Assembly: GCF_002854065.1 (NCBI RefSeq)
Contig: NZ_CP024147.1
Strand: one strand, 5' to 3'
From: Escherichia coli
GTDB taxonomy: Bacteria; Pseudomonadota; Gammaproteobacteria; Enterobacterales; Enterobacteriaceae
Length of the DNA stretch: 64,000 nt
Each line of letters starts with the position of its first letter. Within the stretch, counting starts at the first letter, position 1. The position numbers were made by a program, and so were the translations under genes. This document shows positions 1 to 12,427 of the stretch, one piece after another. The notes under the pieces were generated by a model. That model saw only the letters and a list, made by a program, of their open reading frames with translations, was not told the origin of the DNA and ran no database searches.

Positions 1-521
1 GAAACAAAACTAACCTTACAGCCAACCTGTCTGTGGCCATTATCTTGTGGATCTCGCTTTTTCTCGGCGACACGATTCTACAACTTTTTGGTATATCAAT
101 TGATTCGTTCCGTATCGCCGGGGGTATCCTGGTGGTGACAATAGCGATGTCGATGATCAGCGGCAAGCTTGGCGAGGATAAACAGAACAAGCAAGAAAAA
201 TCAGAAACCGCGGTACGTGAAAGCATTGGTGTGGTGCCACTGGCGTTGCCGTTGATGGCGGGGCCAGGGGCGATCAGTTCTACCATCGTCTGGGGTACGC
301 GTTATCACAGCATTAGCTATCTGTTTGGTTTCTTTGTGGCTATTGCATTGTTCGCTTTATGTTGTTGGGGATTGTTCCGCATGGCACCGTGGCTGGTACG
401 GGTTTTACGCCAGACCGGCATCAACGTGATTACGCGTATTATGGGGCTATTGCTGATGGCATTGGGGATTGAATTTATCGTTACTGGTATTAAGGGGATT
501 TTCCCCGGCCTGCTTAATTAA
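1..521 (+). CDS. ychE: MarC-family inner membrane protein, 5' end truncated by window edge (reading frame begins at nt 3)
   Basis: Translation from nt 3 reads NKTNLTANLSVAIILWISLFLGDT... and matches the C-terminal ~170 aa of YchE as remembered; stop TAA at 519-521; conserved position upstream of oppA. Confidence 0.8.
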   Translation, partial: NKTNLTANLSVAIILWISLFLGDTILQLFGISIDSFRIAGGILVVTIAMSMISGKLGEDKQNKQEKSETAVRESIGVVPLALPLMAGPGAISSTIVWGTRYHSISYLFGFFVAIALFALCCWGLFRMAPWLVRVLRQTGINVITRIMGLLLMALGIEFIVTGIKGIFPGLLN

Positions 522-534
522 TTCCTTTCAAATG

Positions 535-558
535 AAACGGAGCTGCCATGCTCCGTTT
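535..558 (+). terminator. Stem-loop aaacggagc-tgccat-gctccgttt followed by a T-rich tract; likely intrinsic terminator after ychE
   Basis: Inverted repeat directly visible 14 nt after the ychE stop. Confidence 0.5.
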
Positions 559-1258
559 ACTTCGTCATTATTTTTACTTTGTTCCCGCGCAGTTATCAAA
601 AGCAAAAGGAATAGGTAAAAATATTCTTCTCAAATTACAGTTAGTTATAAGGATTTCCTTAACTGCTTCTCCTCACCATCATGTTATTTTCGCCACATCA
701 TAATCCTGGGCTTGCTGAAGAATAATTGAAATGATATTAGTAATTCCACTGCCTTTGGTAGAGGAAAGTGCTAAATAATAATCAATTGTTAAATTATTGT
801 GCATTTCACTGCTGGAACTGTAATCAGAAAAGATAGACATGCTTAACCAATCTCTATTTGATTGAATTTAAAGATGTTTGTTAAGACATGGAAGCAAGCT
901 ATAGATTCTGATACGCTCAATAAAAGAGAATTGCTTAACAATTTTGCAAAATGTATTGGCGAGTAAGAAGCGCATTTGGTACTTTCCGGGCAACCGCCAG
1001 GCGATTCTTTATTGGTAATGAGAATAATTAACAATTAAAGAGCGTCGCGAAAGAATAATGTGTCTCGACAGGGGAGACACAGTACGAATCGACATAAGGT
1101 GATCGTCTGAATCACCAGAATAAATAAAGTCGGTGATAGCAATCCGTAACGATAAAGTAACCTGACAGCAGAAAGTCTCCGAGCCTGTGCAGGGTCCCAT
1201 TCCGGGATTACACATGCTGGTTAATACCAGTAATTATAATGAGGGAGTCCAAAAAACA

Positions 1259-2890
1259 ATGACCAACATCACCAAGAGAAGTTTAGTAGCAGCTGGCGTT
1301 CTGGCTGCGCTAATGGCAGGGAATGTAGCGCTGGCAGCTGATGTACCCGCAGGCGTCACACTGGCGGAAAAACAAACGCTGGTACGTAACAATGGTTCAG
1401 AAGTTCAGTCATTAGATCCGCACAAAATTGAAGGTGTTCCGGAGTCTAATATCAGCCGAGACCTGTTTGAAGGCTTACTGGTCAGCGATCTTGACGGCCA
1501 TCCGGCACCTGGCGTCGCTGAATCCTGGGATAATAAAGACGCGAAAGTCTGGACCTTCCATTTGCGTAAAGATGCGAAATGGTCTGATGGCACGCCAGTC
1601 ACAGCACAAGACTTTGTGTATAGCTGGCAACGTTCTGTTGATCCGAACACCGCTTCTCCGTATGCCAGTTATCTGCAATATGGGCATATCGCTGGTATTG
1701 ATGAAATTCTTGAAGGGAAAAAACCGATTACCGATCTCGGCGTGAAAGCTATTGATGATCACACATTAGAAGTCACCTTAAGTGAACCCGTTCCGTACTT
1801 CTATAAATTACTTGTTCACCCATCAACTTCACCGGTGCCAAAAGCCGCTATCGAGAAATTCGGCGAAAAATGGACCCAGCCTGGTAATATCGTCACCAAC
1901 GGTGCCTATACCTTAAAAGATTGGGTCGTAAACGAACGAATCGTTCTTGAACGCAGCCCGACCTACTGGAACAACGCGAAAACCATTATTAACCAGGTAA
2001 CCTATTTGCCTATTGCTTCTGAAGTTACCGATGTCAACCGCTACCGTAGTGGTGAAATCGACATGACGTATAACAATATGCCGATCGAATTGTTCCAGAA
2101 GCTGAAAAAAGAGATCCCGGACGAAGTTCACGTTGATCCATACCTGTGCACTTACTATTACGAAATTAACAACCAGAAACCGCCATTCAACGATGTGCGT
2201 GTGCGTACCGCACTGAAACTAGGTATGGACCGCGATATCATTGTTAATAAAGTGAAAGCGCAGGGCGACATGCCCGCCTATGGTTACACTCCACCGTATA
2301 CTGATGGCGCAAAATTGACTCAGCCGGAATGGTTTGGCTGGAGCCAGGAAAAACGTAACGAAGAAGCAAAAAAACTGCTGGCTGAAGCGGGTTATACCGC
2401 AGACAAACCGTTGACCATCAACCTGTTGTATAACACCTCCGATCTGCATAAAAAGCTGGCGATTGCTGCCTCTTCATTGTGGAAGAAAAACATTGGTGTA
2501 AACGTCAAACTGGTTAACCAGGAGTGGAAAACGTTCCTCGACACCCGTCACCAGGGTACTTTTGATGTGGCCCGTGCAGGCTGGTGTGCTGACTACAACG
2601 AACCAACTTCCTTCCTGAACACCATGCTTTCGAACAGCTCGATGAATACCGCGCATTATAAGAGCCCGGCCTTTGACAGCATTATGGCGGAAACGCTGAA
2701 AGTGACTGACGAGGCGCAGCGCACAGCTCTGTACACTAAAGCAGAACAACAGCTGGATAAGGATTCGGCCATTGTTCCTGTTTATTACTACGTGAATGCG
2801 CGTCTGGTGAAACCGTGGGTTGGTGGCTATACCGGCAAAGATCCGCTGGATAATACCTACACCCGAAATATGTACATTGTGAAGCACTAA
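1259..2890 (+). CDS. oppA: Periplasmic oligopeptide-binding protein (543 aa)
   Basis: ORF 1187..2890; start placed at ATG 1259 (MTNITKRSLVAAGVLAALMAGNVALA signal peptide) preceded by GAGGGAG; family 5 SBP sequence; first gene of the opp operon. Confidence 0.95.
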   Translation: MTNITKRSLVAAGVLAALMAGNVALAADVPAGVTLAEKQTLVRNNGSEVQSLDPHKIEGVPESNISRDLFEGLLVSDLDGHPAPGVAESWDNKDAKVWTFHLRKDAKWSDGTPVTAQDFVYSWQRSVDPNTASPYASYLQYGHIAGIDEILEGKKPITDLGVKAIDDHTLEVTLSEPVPYFYKLLVHPSTSPVPKAAIEKFGEKWTQPGNIVTNGAYTLKDWVVNERIVLERSPTYWNNAKTIINQVTYLPIASEVTDVNRYRSGEIDMTYNNMPIELFQKLKKEIPDEVHVDPYLCTYYYEINNQKPPFNDVRVRTALKLGMDRDIIVNKVKAQGDMPAYGYTPPYTDGAKLTQPEWFGWSQEKRNEEAKKLLAEAGYTADKPLTINLLYNTSDLHKKLAIAASSLWKKNIGVNVKLVNQEWKTFLDTRHQGTFDVARAGWCADYNEPTSFLNTMLSNSSMNTAHYKSPAFDSIMAETLKVTDEAQRTALYTKAEQQLDKDSAIVPVYYYVNARLVKPWVGGYTGKDPLDNTYTRNMYIVKH

Positions 2891-2975
2891 TGGCAATACG
2901 TGGGGCAGGAGTGTCCTGCTCCACGGTGTCTGATTTTTATCGCATTACAGAAGGCACAGGCCAGAAGGTAGGGCA

Positions 2976-3896
2976 ATGTTAAAATTTATTCTACGTCGCT
3001 GTCTGGAAGCGATTCCGACGCTATTTATTCTTATTACTATTTCGTTCTTTATGATGCGCCTCGCGCCGGGAAGCCCTTTTACCGGCGAACGTACTTTACC
3101 GCCGGAAGTAATGGCCAATATCGAAGCGAAATATCATCTTAATGATCCGATCATGACACAGTATTTCAGCTACCTGAAACAACTGGCGCATGGCGATTTC
3201 GGTCCATCGTTTAAATATAAAGATTATTCGGTCAATGACCTGGTTGCATCCAGTTTTCCCGTTTCTGCCAAACTGGGAGCCGCAGCATTTTTCCTTGCGG
3301 TAATACTGGGTGTTAGTGCTGGCGTTATTGCCGCATTAAAACAAAACACCAAATGGGACTATACCGTGATGGGGCTGGCAATGACCGGGGTTGTTATCCC
3401 CAGTTTTGTGGTTGCGCCATTATTAGTCATGATATTTGCGATCATTTTGCATTGGCTGCCGGGCGGTGGCTGGAATGGTGGGGCGCTTAAATTCATGATA
3501 TTGCCGATGGTGGCGTTGTCACTCGCCTATATCGCCAGTATTGCGCGTATTACCCGTGGCTCTATGATTGAAGTATTACACTCCAACTTTATTCGTACTG
3601 CCCGGGCGAAAGGGTTACCTATGCGGCGGATCATTTTACGCCACGCATTAAAACCTGCTCTGTTACCCGTGCTCTCCTATATGGGCCCCGCATTTGTCGG
3701 CATTATTACCGGTTCTATGGTTATCGAAACCATTTATGGTTTGCCGGGGATTGGGCAACTGTTCGTTAATGGCGCATTGAACCGTGACTATTCCTTAGTG
3801 TTAAGCCTGACCATCCTGGTTGGTGCGTTAACCATTTTGTTTAATGCCATTGTCGATGTGCTATATGCGGTTATCGACCCGAAAATCCGTTACTGA
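2976..3896 (+). CDS. oppB: Oligopeptide ABC transporter permease (306 aa)
   Basis: Full ORF; C-terminal motif IVDVLYAVIDPKIRY typical of the OppB/DppB family. Confidence 0.95.
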   Translation: MLKFILRRCLEAIPTLFILITISFFMMRLAPGSPFTGERTLPPEVMANIEAKYHLNDPIMTQYFSYLKQLAHGDFGPSFKYKDYSVNDLVASSFPVSAKLGAAAFFLAVILGVSAGVIAALKQNTKWDYTVMGLAMTGVVIPSFVVAPLLVMIFAIILHWLPGGGWNGGALKFMILPMVALSLAYIASIARITRGSMIEVLHSNFIRTARAKGLPMRRIILRHALKPALLPVLSYMGPAFVGIITGSMVIETIYGLPGIGQLFVNGALNRDYSLVLSLTILVGALTILFNAIVDVLYAVIDPKIRY

Positions 3897-3910
3897 TACT
3901 GGAGCTCGCG

Positions 3911-4819
3911 ATGATGTTAAGTAAGAAAAACAGCGAGACGCTGGAAAATTTCAGTGAAAAGCTGGAGGTCGAAGGGCGCAGCTTGTGGCAGGACGCACGT
4001 CGACGTTTTATGCATAACCGTGCGGCGGTTGCAAGTCTGATAGTGCTGGTGCTGATCGCGTTATTTGTAATCCTGGCACCGATGCTTTCGCAGTTTGCCT
4101 ATGACGATACTGACTGGGCGATGATGTCCAGCGCCCCGGATATGGAGTCCGGTCACTACTTTGGTACTGACTCATCCGGTCGCGACCTGCTTGTGCGCGT
4201 TGCGATTGGCGGGCGTATCTCACTCATGGTCGGTGTTGCTGCGGCACTGGTGGCAGTGGTCGTGGGGACACTTTACGGTTCGCTTTCCGGTTATCTGGGC
4301 GGTAAAGTGGATTCGGTAATGATGCGTCTGCTGGAAATCCTCAACTCCTTCCCATTCATGTTCTTCGTCATTTTGCTGGTGACCTTTTTCGGCCAAAACA
4401 TCCTGCTGATTTTCGTGGCGATTGGCATGGTTTCCTGGCTGGATATGGCTCGTATTGTGCGTGGGCAAACCCTGAGTCTGAAGCGCAAAGAGTTTATTGA
4501 GGCGGCACAAGTTGGCGGTGTATCGACGTCGGGCATTGTTATTCGCCACATTGTGCCGAACGTACTCGGTGTGGTGGTGGTCTACGCATCGCTACTGGTG
4601 CCCAGCATGATCCTCTTTGAATCTTTCCTTAGCTTCCTGGGGTTGGGTACGCAAGAGCCGTTAAGCAGCTGGGGGGCATTGCTGAGTGATGGCGCGAACT
4701 CGATGGAAGTCTCTCCATGGTTACTGTTGTTCCCAGCGGGATTCCTCGTGGTGACGCTGTTTTGTTTCAACTTTATCGGCGATGGCTTGCGTGATGCCCT
4801 CGACCCGAAAGATCGTTAA
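3911..4819 (+). CDS. oppC: Oligopeptide ABC transporter permease (302 aa)
   Basis: Full ORF; binding-protein-dependent permease; operon position. Confidence 0.95.
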   Translation: MMLSKKNSETLENFSEKLEVEGRSLWQDARRRFMHNRAAVASLIVLVLIALFVILAPMLSQFAYDDTDWAMMSSAPDMESGHYFGTDSSGRDLLVRVAIGGRISLMVGVAAALVAVVVGTLYGSLSGYLGGKVDSVMMRLLEILNSFPFMFFVILLVTFFGQNILLIFVAIGMVSWLDMARIVRGQTLSLKRKEFIEAAQVGGVSTSGIVIRHIVPNVLGVVVVYASLLVPSMILFESFLSFLGLGTQEPLSSWGALLSDGANSMEVSPWLLLFPAGFLVVTLFCFNFIGDGLRDALDPKDR

Positions 4820-4830
4820 GGAGTGCAGCC

Positions 4831-5844
4831 ATGAGCGTAATTGAAACTGCAACTGTGCCGCTCGCACAACAACAGGCTGACGCACTGCTGAACGTGAAAG
4901 ATTTGCGTGTCACCTTTAGTACCCCGGACGGCGACGTCACGGCGGTCAATGATTTAAATTTTTCCCTACGTGCCGGAGAAACGCTGGGCATTGTAGGTGA
5001 GTCTGGTTCGGGTAAATCGCAAACTGCATTTGCGTTGATGGGCCTGTTGGCTGCCAACGGACGCATTGGCGGATCGGCAACCTTCAATGGGCGTGAAATC
5101 CTCAATTTGCCAGAGCGTGAACTCAATAAACTGCGCGCTGAACAAATCTCAATGATTTTTCAGGACCCAATGACTTCGTTGAATCCCTATATGCGCGTCG
5201 GTGAGCAGTTGATGGAAGTGCTGATGCTGCATAAGAACATGAGCAAAGCTGAGGCGTTTGAAGAGTCGGTGCGGATGCTCGATGCGGTAAAAATGCCGGA
5301 AGCGCGTAAACGCATGAAAATGTACCCGCACGAATTTTCTGGCGGCATGCGTCAGCGAGTCATGATTGCGATGGCATTGCTATGTCGGCCTAAGCTGCTG
5401 ATTGCGGATGAACCCACTACTGCGCTGGACGTCACCGTACAGGCGCAGATCATGACGCTATTAAATGAACTGAAGCGGGAATTTAATACCGCCATCATTA
5501 TGATCACCCACGATCTTGGCGTGGTGGCGGGGATCTGCGACAAAGTGCTGGTAATGTACGCCGGGCGCACGATGGAATATGGCAACGCGCGCGATGTCTT
5601 TTATCAACCCGTTCATCCTTATTCTATCGGTTTGCTCAACGCGGTGCCTCGTCTCGATGCGGAAGGTGAAACAATGTTGACTATTCCGGGTAATCCGCCA
5701 AACCTGCTGCGATTACCGAAAGGTTGCCCGTTCCAGCCACGTTGTCCGCATGCGATGGAAATTTGTAGTAGCGCACCGCCGCTGGAAGAGTTTACGCCTG
5801 GCCGTCTGCGTGCTTGCTTTAAACCGGTGGAGGAACTGTTATGA
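4831..5844 (+). CDS. oppD: Oligopeptide ABC transporter ATP-binding protein (337 aa)
   Basis: Walker A GESGSGKS, signature FSGGMRQR, C-terminal Cys-rich oligopeptide ABC domain. Confidence 0.95.
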   Translation: MSVIETATVPLAQQQADALLNVKDLRVTFSTPDGDVTAVNDLNFSLRAGETLGIVGESGSGKSQTAFALMGLLAANGRIGGSATFNGREILNLPERELNKLRAEQISMIFQDPMTSLNPYMRVGEQLMEVLMLHKNMSKAEAFEESVRMLDAVKMPEARKRMKMYPHEFSGGMRQRVMIAMALLCRPKLLIADEPTTALDVTVQAQIMTLLNELKREFNTAIIMITHDLGVVAGICDKVLVMYAGRTMEYGNARDVFYQPVHPYSIGLLNAVPRLDAEGETMLTIPGNPPNLLRLPKGCPFQPRCPHAMEICSSAPPLEEFTPGRLRACFKPVEELL

Positions 5845-6845
5845 ATGCTGTAACCGAAGGAAGAAAAGTCCTCCTCGAAATCGCCGATCTGAAAGTGCAC
5901 TTTGAAATCAAAGATGGCAAACAGTGGTTCTGGCAACCGCCGAAAACTCTCAAAGCCGTAGATGGTGTAACTCTTCGCCTGTATGAAGGGGAAACATTAG
6001 GTGTGGTAGGGGAATCGGGATGCGGTAAGTCCACCTTTGCTCGCGCCATCATTGGCCTGGTTAAAGCGACCGACGGTCATGTTGCCTGGTTAGGTAAAGA
6101 GTTGCTGGGCATGAAACCCGATGAATGGCGTGCCGTTCGCAGTGATATTCAGATGATTTTCCAGGATCCGTTGGCATCGCTAAACCCGCGTATGACCATC
6201 GGCGAGATCATCGCTGAACCACTGCGTACCTATCATCCGAAAATGTCACGCCAGGAAGTTCGCGAGCGCGTGAAGGCGATGATGCTGAAAGTCGGGTTAT
6301 TGCCTAACCTGATTAACCGCTATCCGCATGAGTTCTCTGGTGGGCAGTGCCAGCGTATCGGGATTGCGCGTGCTCTTATTCTTGAACCGAAGCTGATTAT
6401 CTGTGATGAGCCGGTGTCGGCGCTGGACGTGTCAATTCAGGCACAGGTGGTCAACCTGCTCCAGCAATTGCAACGTGAGATGGGATTGTCATTAATTTTT
6501 ATCGCTCATGACCTGGCCGTGGTAAAACACATTTCCGATCGTGTGTTGGTGATGTATCTCGGCCATGCGGTAGAACTGGGGACCTATGATGAGGTCTACC
6601 ACAATCCACTACATCCTTACACCAGGGCATTGATGTCGGCAGTCCCCATACCTGATCCGGATCTGGAGAAGAACAAAACCATCCAGTTACTGGAAGGGGA
6701 ATTGCCGTCGCCGATCAACCCGCCTTCCGGTTGTGTTTTCCGTACCCGTTGCCCGATTGCCGGTCCGGAGTGCGCCAAAACACGTCCTGTTCTGGAGGGG
6801 AGTTTCAGACACGCCGTTTCTTGCCTGAAAGTCGATCCGCTTTAA
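5841..6845 (+). CDS. oppF: Oligopeptide ABC transporter ATP-binding protein (334 aa)
   Basis: Walker A GESGCGKST, signature FSGGQCQR; overlaps oppD stop by 4 nt. Confidence 0.95.
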   Translation: MNAVTEGRKVLLEIADLKVHFEIKDGKQWFWQPPKTLKAVDGVTLRLYEGETLGVVGESGCGKSTFARAIIGLVKATDGHVAWLGKELLGMKPDEWRAVRSDIQMIFQDPLASLNPRMTIGEIIAEPLRTYHPKMSRQEVRERVKAMMLKVGLLPNLINRYPHEFSGGQCQRIGIARALILEPKLIICDEPVSALDVSIQAQVVNLLQQLQREMGLSLIFIAHDLAVVKHISDRVLVMYLGHAVELGTYDEVYHNPLHPYTRALMSAVPIPDPDLEKNKTIQLLEGELPSPINPPSGCVFRTRCPIAGPECAKTRPVLEGSFRHAVSCLKVDPL

Positions 6846-6849
6846 AAAC

Positions 6850-6880
6850 AATAAGGGCTGACAGTTGTCAGCCCTTTTTC
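6850..6880. terminator. Bidirectional intrinsic terminator between convergent oppF and yciU
   Basis: Hairpin agggctgaca-gt-tgtcagccct flanked by A-run upstream and T-run downstream. Confidence 0.6.
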
Positions 6881-6897
6881 ACGCCGAAAGTGATTAT

Positions 6898-8722
<1,825 letters not shown>

Positions 8723-8864
8723 AGATTAGAAATCCTTTTGAAAGCGCATTGTTATGAGTTTACGCATATGGATTCATCTGGCAAATAAAAACGCGGGAAA
8801 AGCACTGGTCAGCGTCGGGGGCGGGAGTATAATGACCATTCTGTTATTGCATAGAGTAGTTAAC

Positions 8865-9038
8865 ATGAAGCGGAGTAGAACGGAAGTGGGGCGCTGGCGC
8901 ATGCAGCGTCAGGCTAGCCGACGTAAATCGCGTTGGCTTGAGGGGCAGTCGCGCCGAAATATGCGTATCCACAGCATCAGGAAGTGCATTCTAAACAAAC
9001 AGCGTAACTCGTTATTGTTTGCGATCTACAATATCTAA
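8865..9038 (+). CDS. yciY: Small basic protein of unknown function (57 aa), YciY-like
   Basis: Internal ATG of ORF 8754..9038; the 57-aa length and cls-kch position fit the remembered K-12 yciY annotation; no functional evidence. Confidence 0.4.
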   Translation: MKRSRTEVGRWRMQRQASRRKSRWLEGQSRRNMRIHSIRKCILNKQRNSLLFAIYNI

Positions 9039-9092
9039 ATGTTCTGGGCACCATTGCGGTGCCCAATAAGTTTACTCTTCCGTCTTTAAACT

Positions 9093-10346
9093 CTATTTTT
9101 GCGCCGATTCTTTACTGTCAGCTTTCGTTTCTTGTTCATCGTTATCGCTGAAAATACCATGACCTGAGTTCAACAACATTGAAACGAGCATATCATTATT
9201 AATCTCTTCACCATTTAAAACTCGCGCCAGAATTTCGCTGCCAAACAGTTGCGGTGAGAGAATGATATCCGGATGTACCATCTTAATCTTATTCAGGTTT
9301 TTGCTATCACTGACGGCGAGAACTGTTTTGACATCACTGCTCATATCTTTTGCCGAGAGTACAACAAACGCGTTATCTGCATCGTTATCACTCAGCGCCA
9401 GAATGGCCCGGCAACGATCGATTCCCGCTTTCTTTAATACTGAACTGTCATTACTGTCACCGGGGATAACATCAGCGTTATCGCCTAAGCGTTGCTCAAG
9501 TTGCTTGATATCATCTTCAGGCAAGTTGCTGATAACCGTTACGTTTTGTCCGCGTTGATTCAGTTGCAGGATCGTATTGATGGCGAGAATCGAATGTCCG
9601 CAAACAATAAAATGATCTTTACGATGCATTGTATGATTGTTTCCTTTTACAAGTTTGTTGAATCCCCCGCGGATAAGCGGACCAAAAATTGAGGTCATAG
9701 ATGTGGCAAAAACGGTAATGCCGGAAATAATGACCGAAATAGTGAACAATCGTGCTGATTCAGAAACAGGGACAATATCTCCATAGCCGACGGTTGACAT
9801 GGTTTCTATCGAAAAATAGAACGCGGTCATCAAACTTTCTATTCGCGGATTAAAACCTTCGCTTAAATAAAGCGCACCGTAGGTTGAGTAAAACAGTAAT
9901 GTCGTGAAACTAATAAATGCGAAAATTGTCCCGGCTGCGGCGCTACTGTGGGAGAAGTCTTTGCGCAGTATCAGCAAAAACACCAGCGTAAAAATGCAAA
10001 ATCCAATACTAAATTTCAGCCAGGGATAAAAATGCAGGGTGTAAATTAGCGCTATCAACAACAAAATGATACTGATTGCCCATGCGAGCTTTGCCCGGAA
10101 CAGTAAGCCAATGGAGTTCAGGACAAGAAAGACGCCGAGCATAAATAGTGGGGCGTTTGCCAGCAAGGAGAGATCCAACTCTGAAAATGCTTTGATATGG
10201 AAAATATCAAGCAAATTTACCGACATACCATAGATTGTTTTAAAAATAAGCAACCCATTTAAAAAGACGGCCAGCGCGAGAATGTCGTGCCGTAGGGTCA
10301 CCCATAAATTTGTTGCTGTTTGTTTGAATGTAGCCCAGTGACTCAC
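9093..10346 (-). CDS. kch: Voltage-gated potassium channel (417 aa)
   Basis: ORF 9093..10364; start placed at GTG 10346 (MSHWATFKQ); selectivity filter TVGYGD and RCK domain visible. Confidence 0.9.
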   Translation of the reverse strand: MSHWATFKQTATNLWVTLRHDILALAVFLNGLLIFKTIYGMSVNLLDIFHIKAFSELDLSLLANAPLFMLGVFLVLNSIGLLFRAKLAWAISIILLLIALIYTLHFYPWLKFSIGFCIFTLVFLLILRKDFSHSSAAAGTIFAFISFTTLLFYSTYGALYLSEGFNPRIESLMTAFYFSIETMSTVGYGDIVPVSESARLFTISVIISGITVFATSMTSIFGPLIRGGFNKLVKGNNHTMHRKDHFIVCGHSILAINTILQLNQRGQNVTVISNLPEDDIKQLEQRLGDNADVIPGDSNDSSVLKKAGIDRCRAILALSDNDADNAFVVLSAKDMSSDVKTVLAVSDSKNLNKIKMVHPDIILSPQLFGSEILARVLNGEEINNDMLVSMLLNSGHGIFSDNDEQETKADSKESAQK

Positions 10347-10645
10347 TGATACCTCTGTAACCACAATTTTGTTTAATTATCTTAGCGTGCACATTTTCTG
10401 AACATACATGCAGCGCGTGAATGTGTTAAACAATAGTAGATGACTTTATCCGCAGTAATCAAAGGTTTTGAGCGAGCAACTGTACCTCAGGAAAGGTCAT
10501 TTTTCCTGAATATGCTCACATCATATAAAGAAATACAGATAAAGTTATTATCTGCTTGTGGTGGTGAATGCACTGACCGGCTATAAGGAAAGGCCAAACA
10601 AGAACACGGTTGCAAAAACCGTGCCCTTAAATATTGAATCTCTAT

Positions 10646-10942
10646 TCAGAACACTTTCTTAAATGGTTTCACTGAAACGTGTTCATAGACACCTGCCGCT
10701 ACGTACGGGTCAGCATCGGCCCAGGCCTGAGCTGCTTCCAGCGATTCAAATTCAGCAATAACGGTTGAGCCAGTAAATCCCGCAGCCCCTGGATCGTTAC
10801 TGTCTACCGCTGGCATTGGACCAGCTGTCAACAAACGACCTTCATCATGCAGTAACTGTAAACGTGCTAAATGTGCCGGACGAACGGAAAGGCGTTTTTC
10901 GAGGCTATCAGCTTTGTCTTGAGCGTAAATAACATACAACAC
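10646..10942 (-). CDS. yciI: YciI-like protein (98 aa)
   Basis: ORF 10646..11038; start placed at GTG 10942 giving the 98-aa K-12 length. Confidence 0.85.
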
Positions 10943-11097
10943 GGGCACAACTCCTTGTTCGGGAAAGTTGTAAAGTACGTTATTTGAAAGGGCGAAGATC
11001 TGCAACGGAAAGATGATGTCTTTGTTAAGACCATGCATAAAGTAAGGTCAATTACGCCAAAAATGACATTTTCACTGATCCTGATCGTCTTGCCTTA

Positions 11098-11121
11098 TTG
11101 AATATGATTGCTATTTGCATT
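11098..11121 (+). promoter_or_regulatory. Fur box-like element in the tonB promoter
   Basis: ttgaatatgattgctatttgcatt resembles the Fur consensus GATAATGATAATCATTATC; lies ~45-70 nt upstream of the tonB start; tonB is known to be Fur-regulated. Confidence 0.5.
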
Positions 11122-11165
11122 TAAAATCGAGGCCTGGTTTTTCTACTGAAATGATTATGGCTTCA

Positions 11166-11885
11166 ATGACCTTTGATTTACCTCGCCGCTTCCCCTGGCC
11201 GACGTTACTTTCGGTCTGCATTCATGGTGCTGTTGTGGCGGGTCTGCTCTATACCTCGGTACATCAGGTTATTGAACTACCTGCGCCTGCGCAGCCGATT
11301 TCTGTCACGATGGTTGCGCCTGCTGATCTCGAACCGCCACAAGCCGTTCAGCCGCCACCGGAGCCGGTGGTAGAGCCAGAACCGGAACCTGAGCCGATCC
11401 CCGAACCGCCAAAAGAAGCACCGGTGGTCATTGAAAAGCCGAAGCCGAAACCTAAGCCAAAACCGAAGCCGGTGAAAAAGGTACAGGAGCAGCCAAAACG
11501 CGATGTCAAACCCGTAGAGTCGCGTCTGGCATCACCGTTTGAAAATACGGCACCGGCACGCCCGACATCAAGTACAGCAACGGCTGCAACCAGCAAGCCG
11601 GTTACCAGTGTGGCTTCAGGACCACGCGCATTAAGCCGTAATCAGCCGCAGTATCCGGCACGAGCACAGGCATTGCGCATTGAAGGGCAGGTTAAAGTTA
11701 AATTTGATGTCACGCCGGATGGTCGCGTGGATAACGTACAAATCCTCTCAGCCAAGCCTGCGAACATGTTTGAGCGTGAGGTGAAAAATGCGATGCGCAG
11801 ATGGCGTTATGAGCCGGGTAAGCCAGGCAGTGGGATTGTGGTGAACATCCTGTTTAAAATTAACGGCACCACCGAAATTCAGTAA
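11166..11885 (+). CDS. tonB: TonB energy-transducing protein (239 aa)
   Basis: Start placed at ATG 11166 ([15 protein letters not shown]); proline-rich (EP)n/(KP)n spacer encoded around 11385-11470; C-terminal TonB domain. Confidence 0.95.
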   Translation: MTFDLPRRFPWPTLLSVCIHGAVVAGLLYTSVHQVIELPAPAQPISVTMVAPADLEPPQAVQPPPEPVVEPEPEPEPIPEPPKEAPVVIEKPKPKPKPKPKPVKKVQEQPKRDVKPVESRLASPFENTAPARPTSSTATAATSKPVTSVASGPRALSRNQPQYPARAQALRIEGQVKVKFDVTPDGRVDNVQILSAKPANMFEREVKNAMRRWRYEPGKPGSGIVVNILFKINGTTEIQ

Positions 11886-11892
11886 GCATAAA

Positions 11893-11921
11893 GTCAAAAG
11901 CCTCCGACCGGAGGCTTTTGA
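11893..11921. terminator. Bidirectional intrinsic terminator between convergent tonB and yciA
   Basis: Hairpin aaaagcctccg-ac-cggaggctttt with flanking A/T runs; this tonB terminator is a well-known bidirectional one. Confidence 0.7.
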
Positions 11922-11924
11922 TTA

Positions 11925-12323
11925 TTACTCAACAGGTAAGGCGCGAGGTTTTCCTTCAGGATCAACCGCGACATACTTAAATAATGCTTCTGTCGCTTTA
12001 TAGCGTTGCCCGATTGGTTCAGACGCTACTTTTTTCACCCACACTTCAATATTAATGCTGACCGATGTCGTCCCTTTCTGGACACAGCGTGCATAGCAGC
12101 ACACCACATCGCCGACCGCAACCGGCCGTAAGAAAGTCATTCCTTCAACCCGCACAGTCACTACGCGACCGTGGGCAATTTCTTTTGCCAGAATAGCGCC
12201 GCCAATATCCATTTGTGACATTAACCAACCACCAAAGATGTCACCATTGGCATTGGTATCGGCGGGCATGGCTAAAGTACGTAAAACAAGATCGCCCTGA
12301 GGGACGTTATGTGTTGTAGACAT
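11925..12323 (-). CDS. yciA: Acyl-CoA thioesterase, hotdog fold (132 aa)
   Basis: Full ORF; conserved position and length. Confidence 0.9.
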   Translation of the reverse strand: MSTTHNVPQGDLVLRTLAMPADTNANGDIFGGWLMSQMDIGGAILAKEIAHGRVVTVRVEGMTFLRPVAVGDVVCCYARCVQKGTTSVSINIEVWVKKVASEPIGQRYKATEALFKYVAVDPEGKPRALPVE

Positions 12324-12427
12324 GGTAAAACCGACTTAAAAGGAAAATCACAGGCGCGATGCTACTATGATTTTCCTGAGGAGAACAGAGGAGATACAGC
12401 GCCAGCCCCGAAGGACTGGCAGTCTGG

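Noticed and set aside
1405-1762. Overlapping ORFs of 81-105 aa on both strands inside oppA
   Set aside because: They lie entirely within the well-supported oppA reading frame and have no RBS or recognisable domains; typical frame-shadow ORFs
8754-8864. N-terminal extension of the ORF 8754..9038 upstream of the yciY-like start
   Set aside because: The longer 94-aa ORF has no support; only the 57-aa internal frame fits the remembered small gene, and even that is low confidence
11385-11470. Repetitive (EP)n and (KP)n-encoding tract in tonB
   Set aside because: This is the well-known proline-rich rigid spacer of TonB, not a novel repeat
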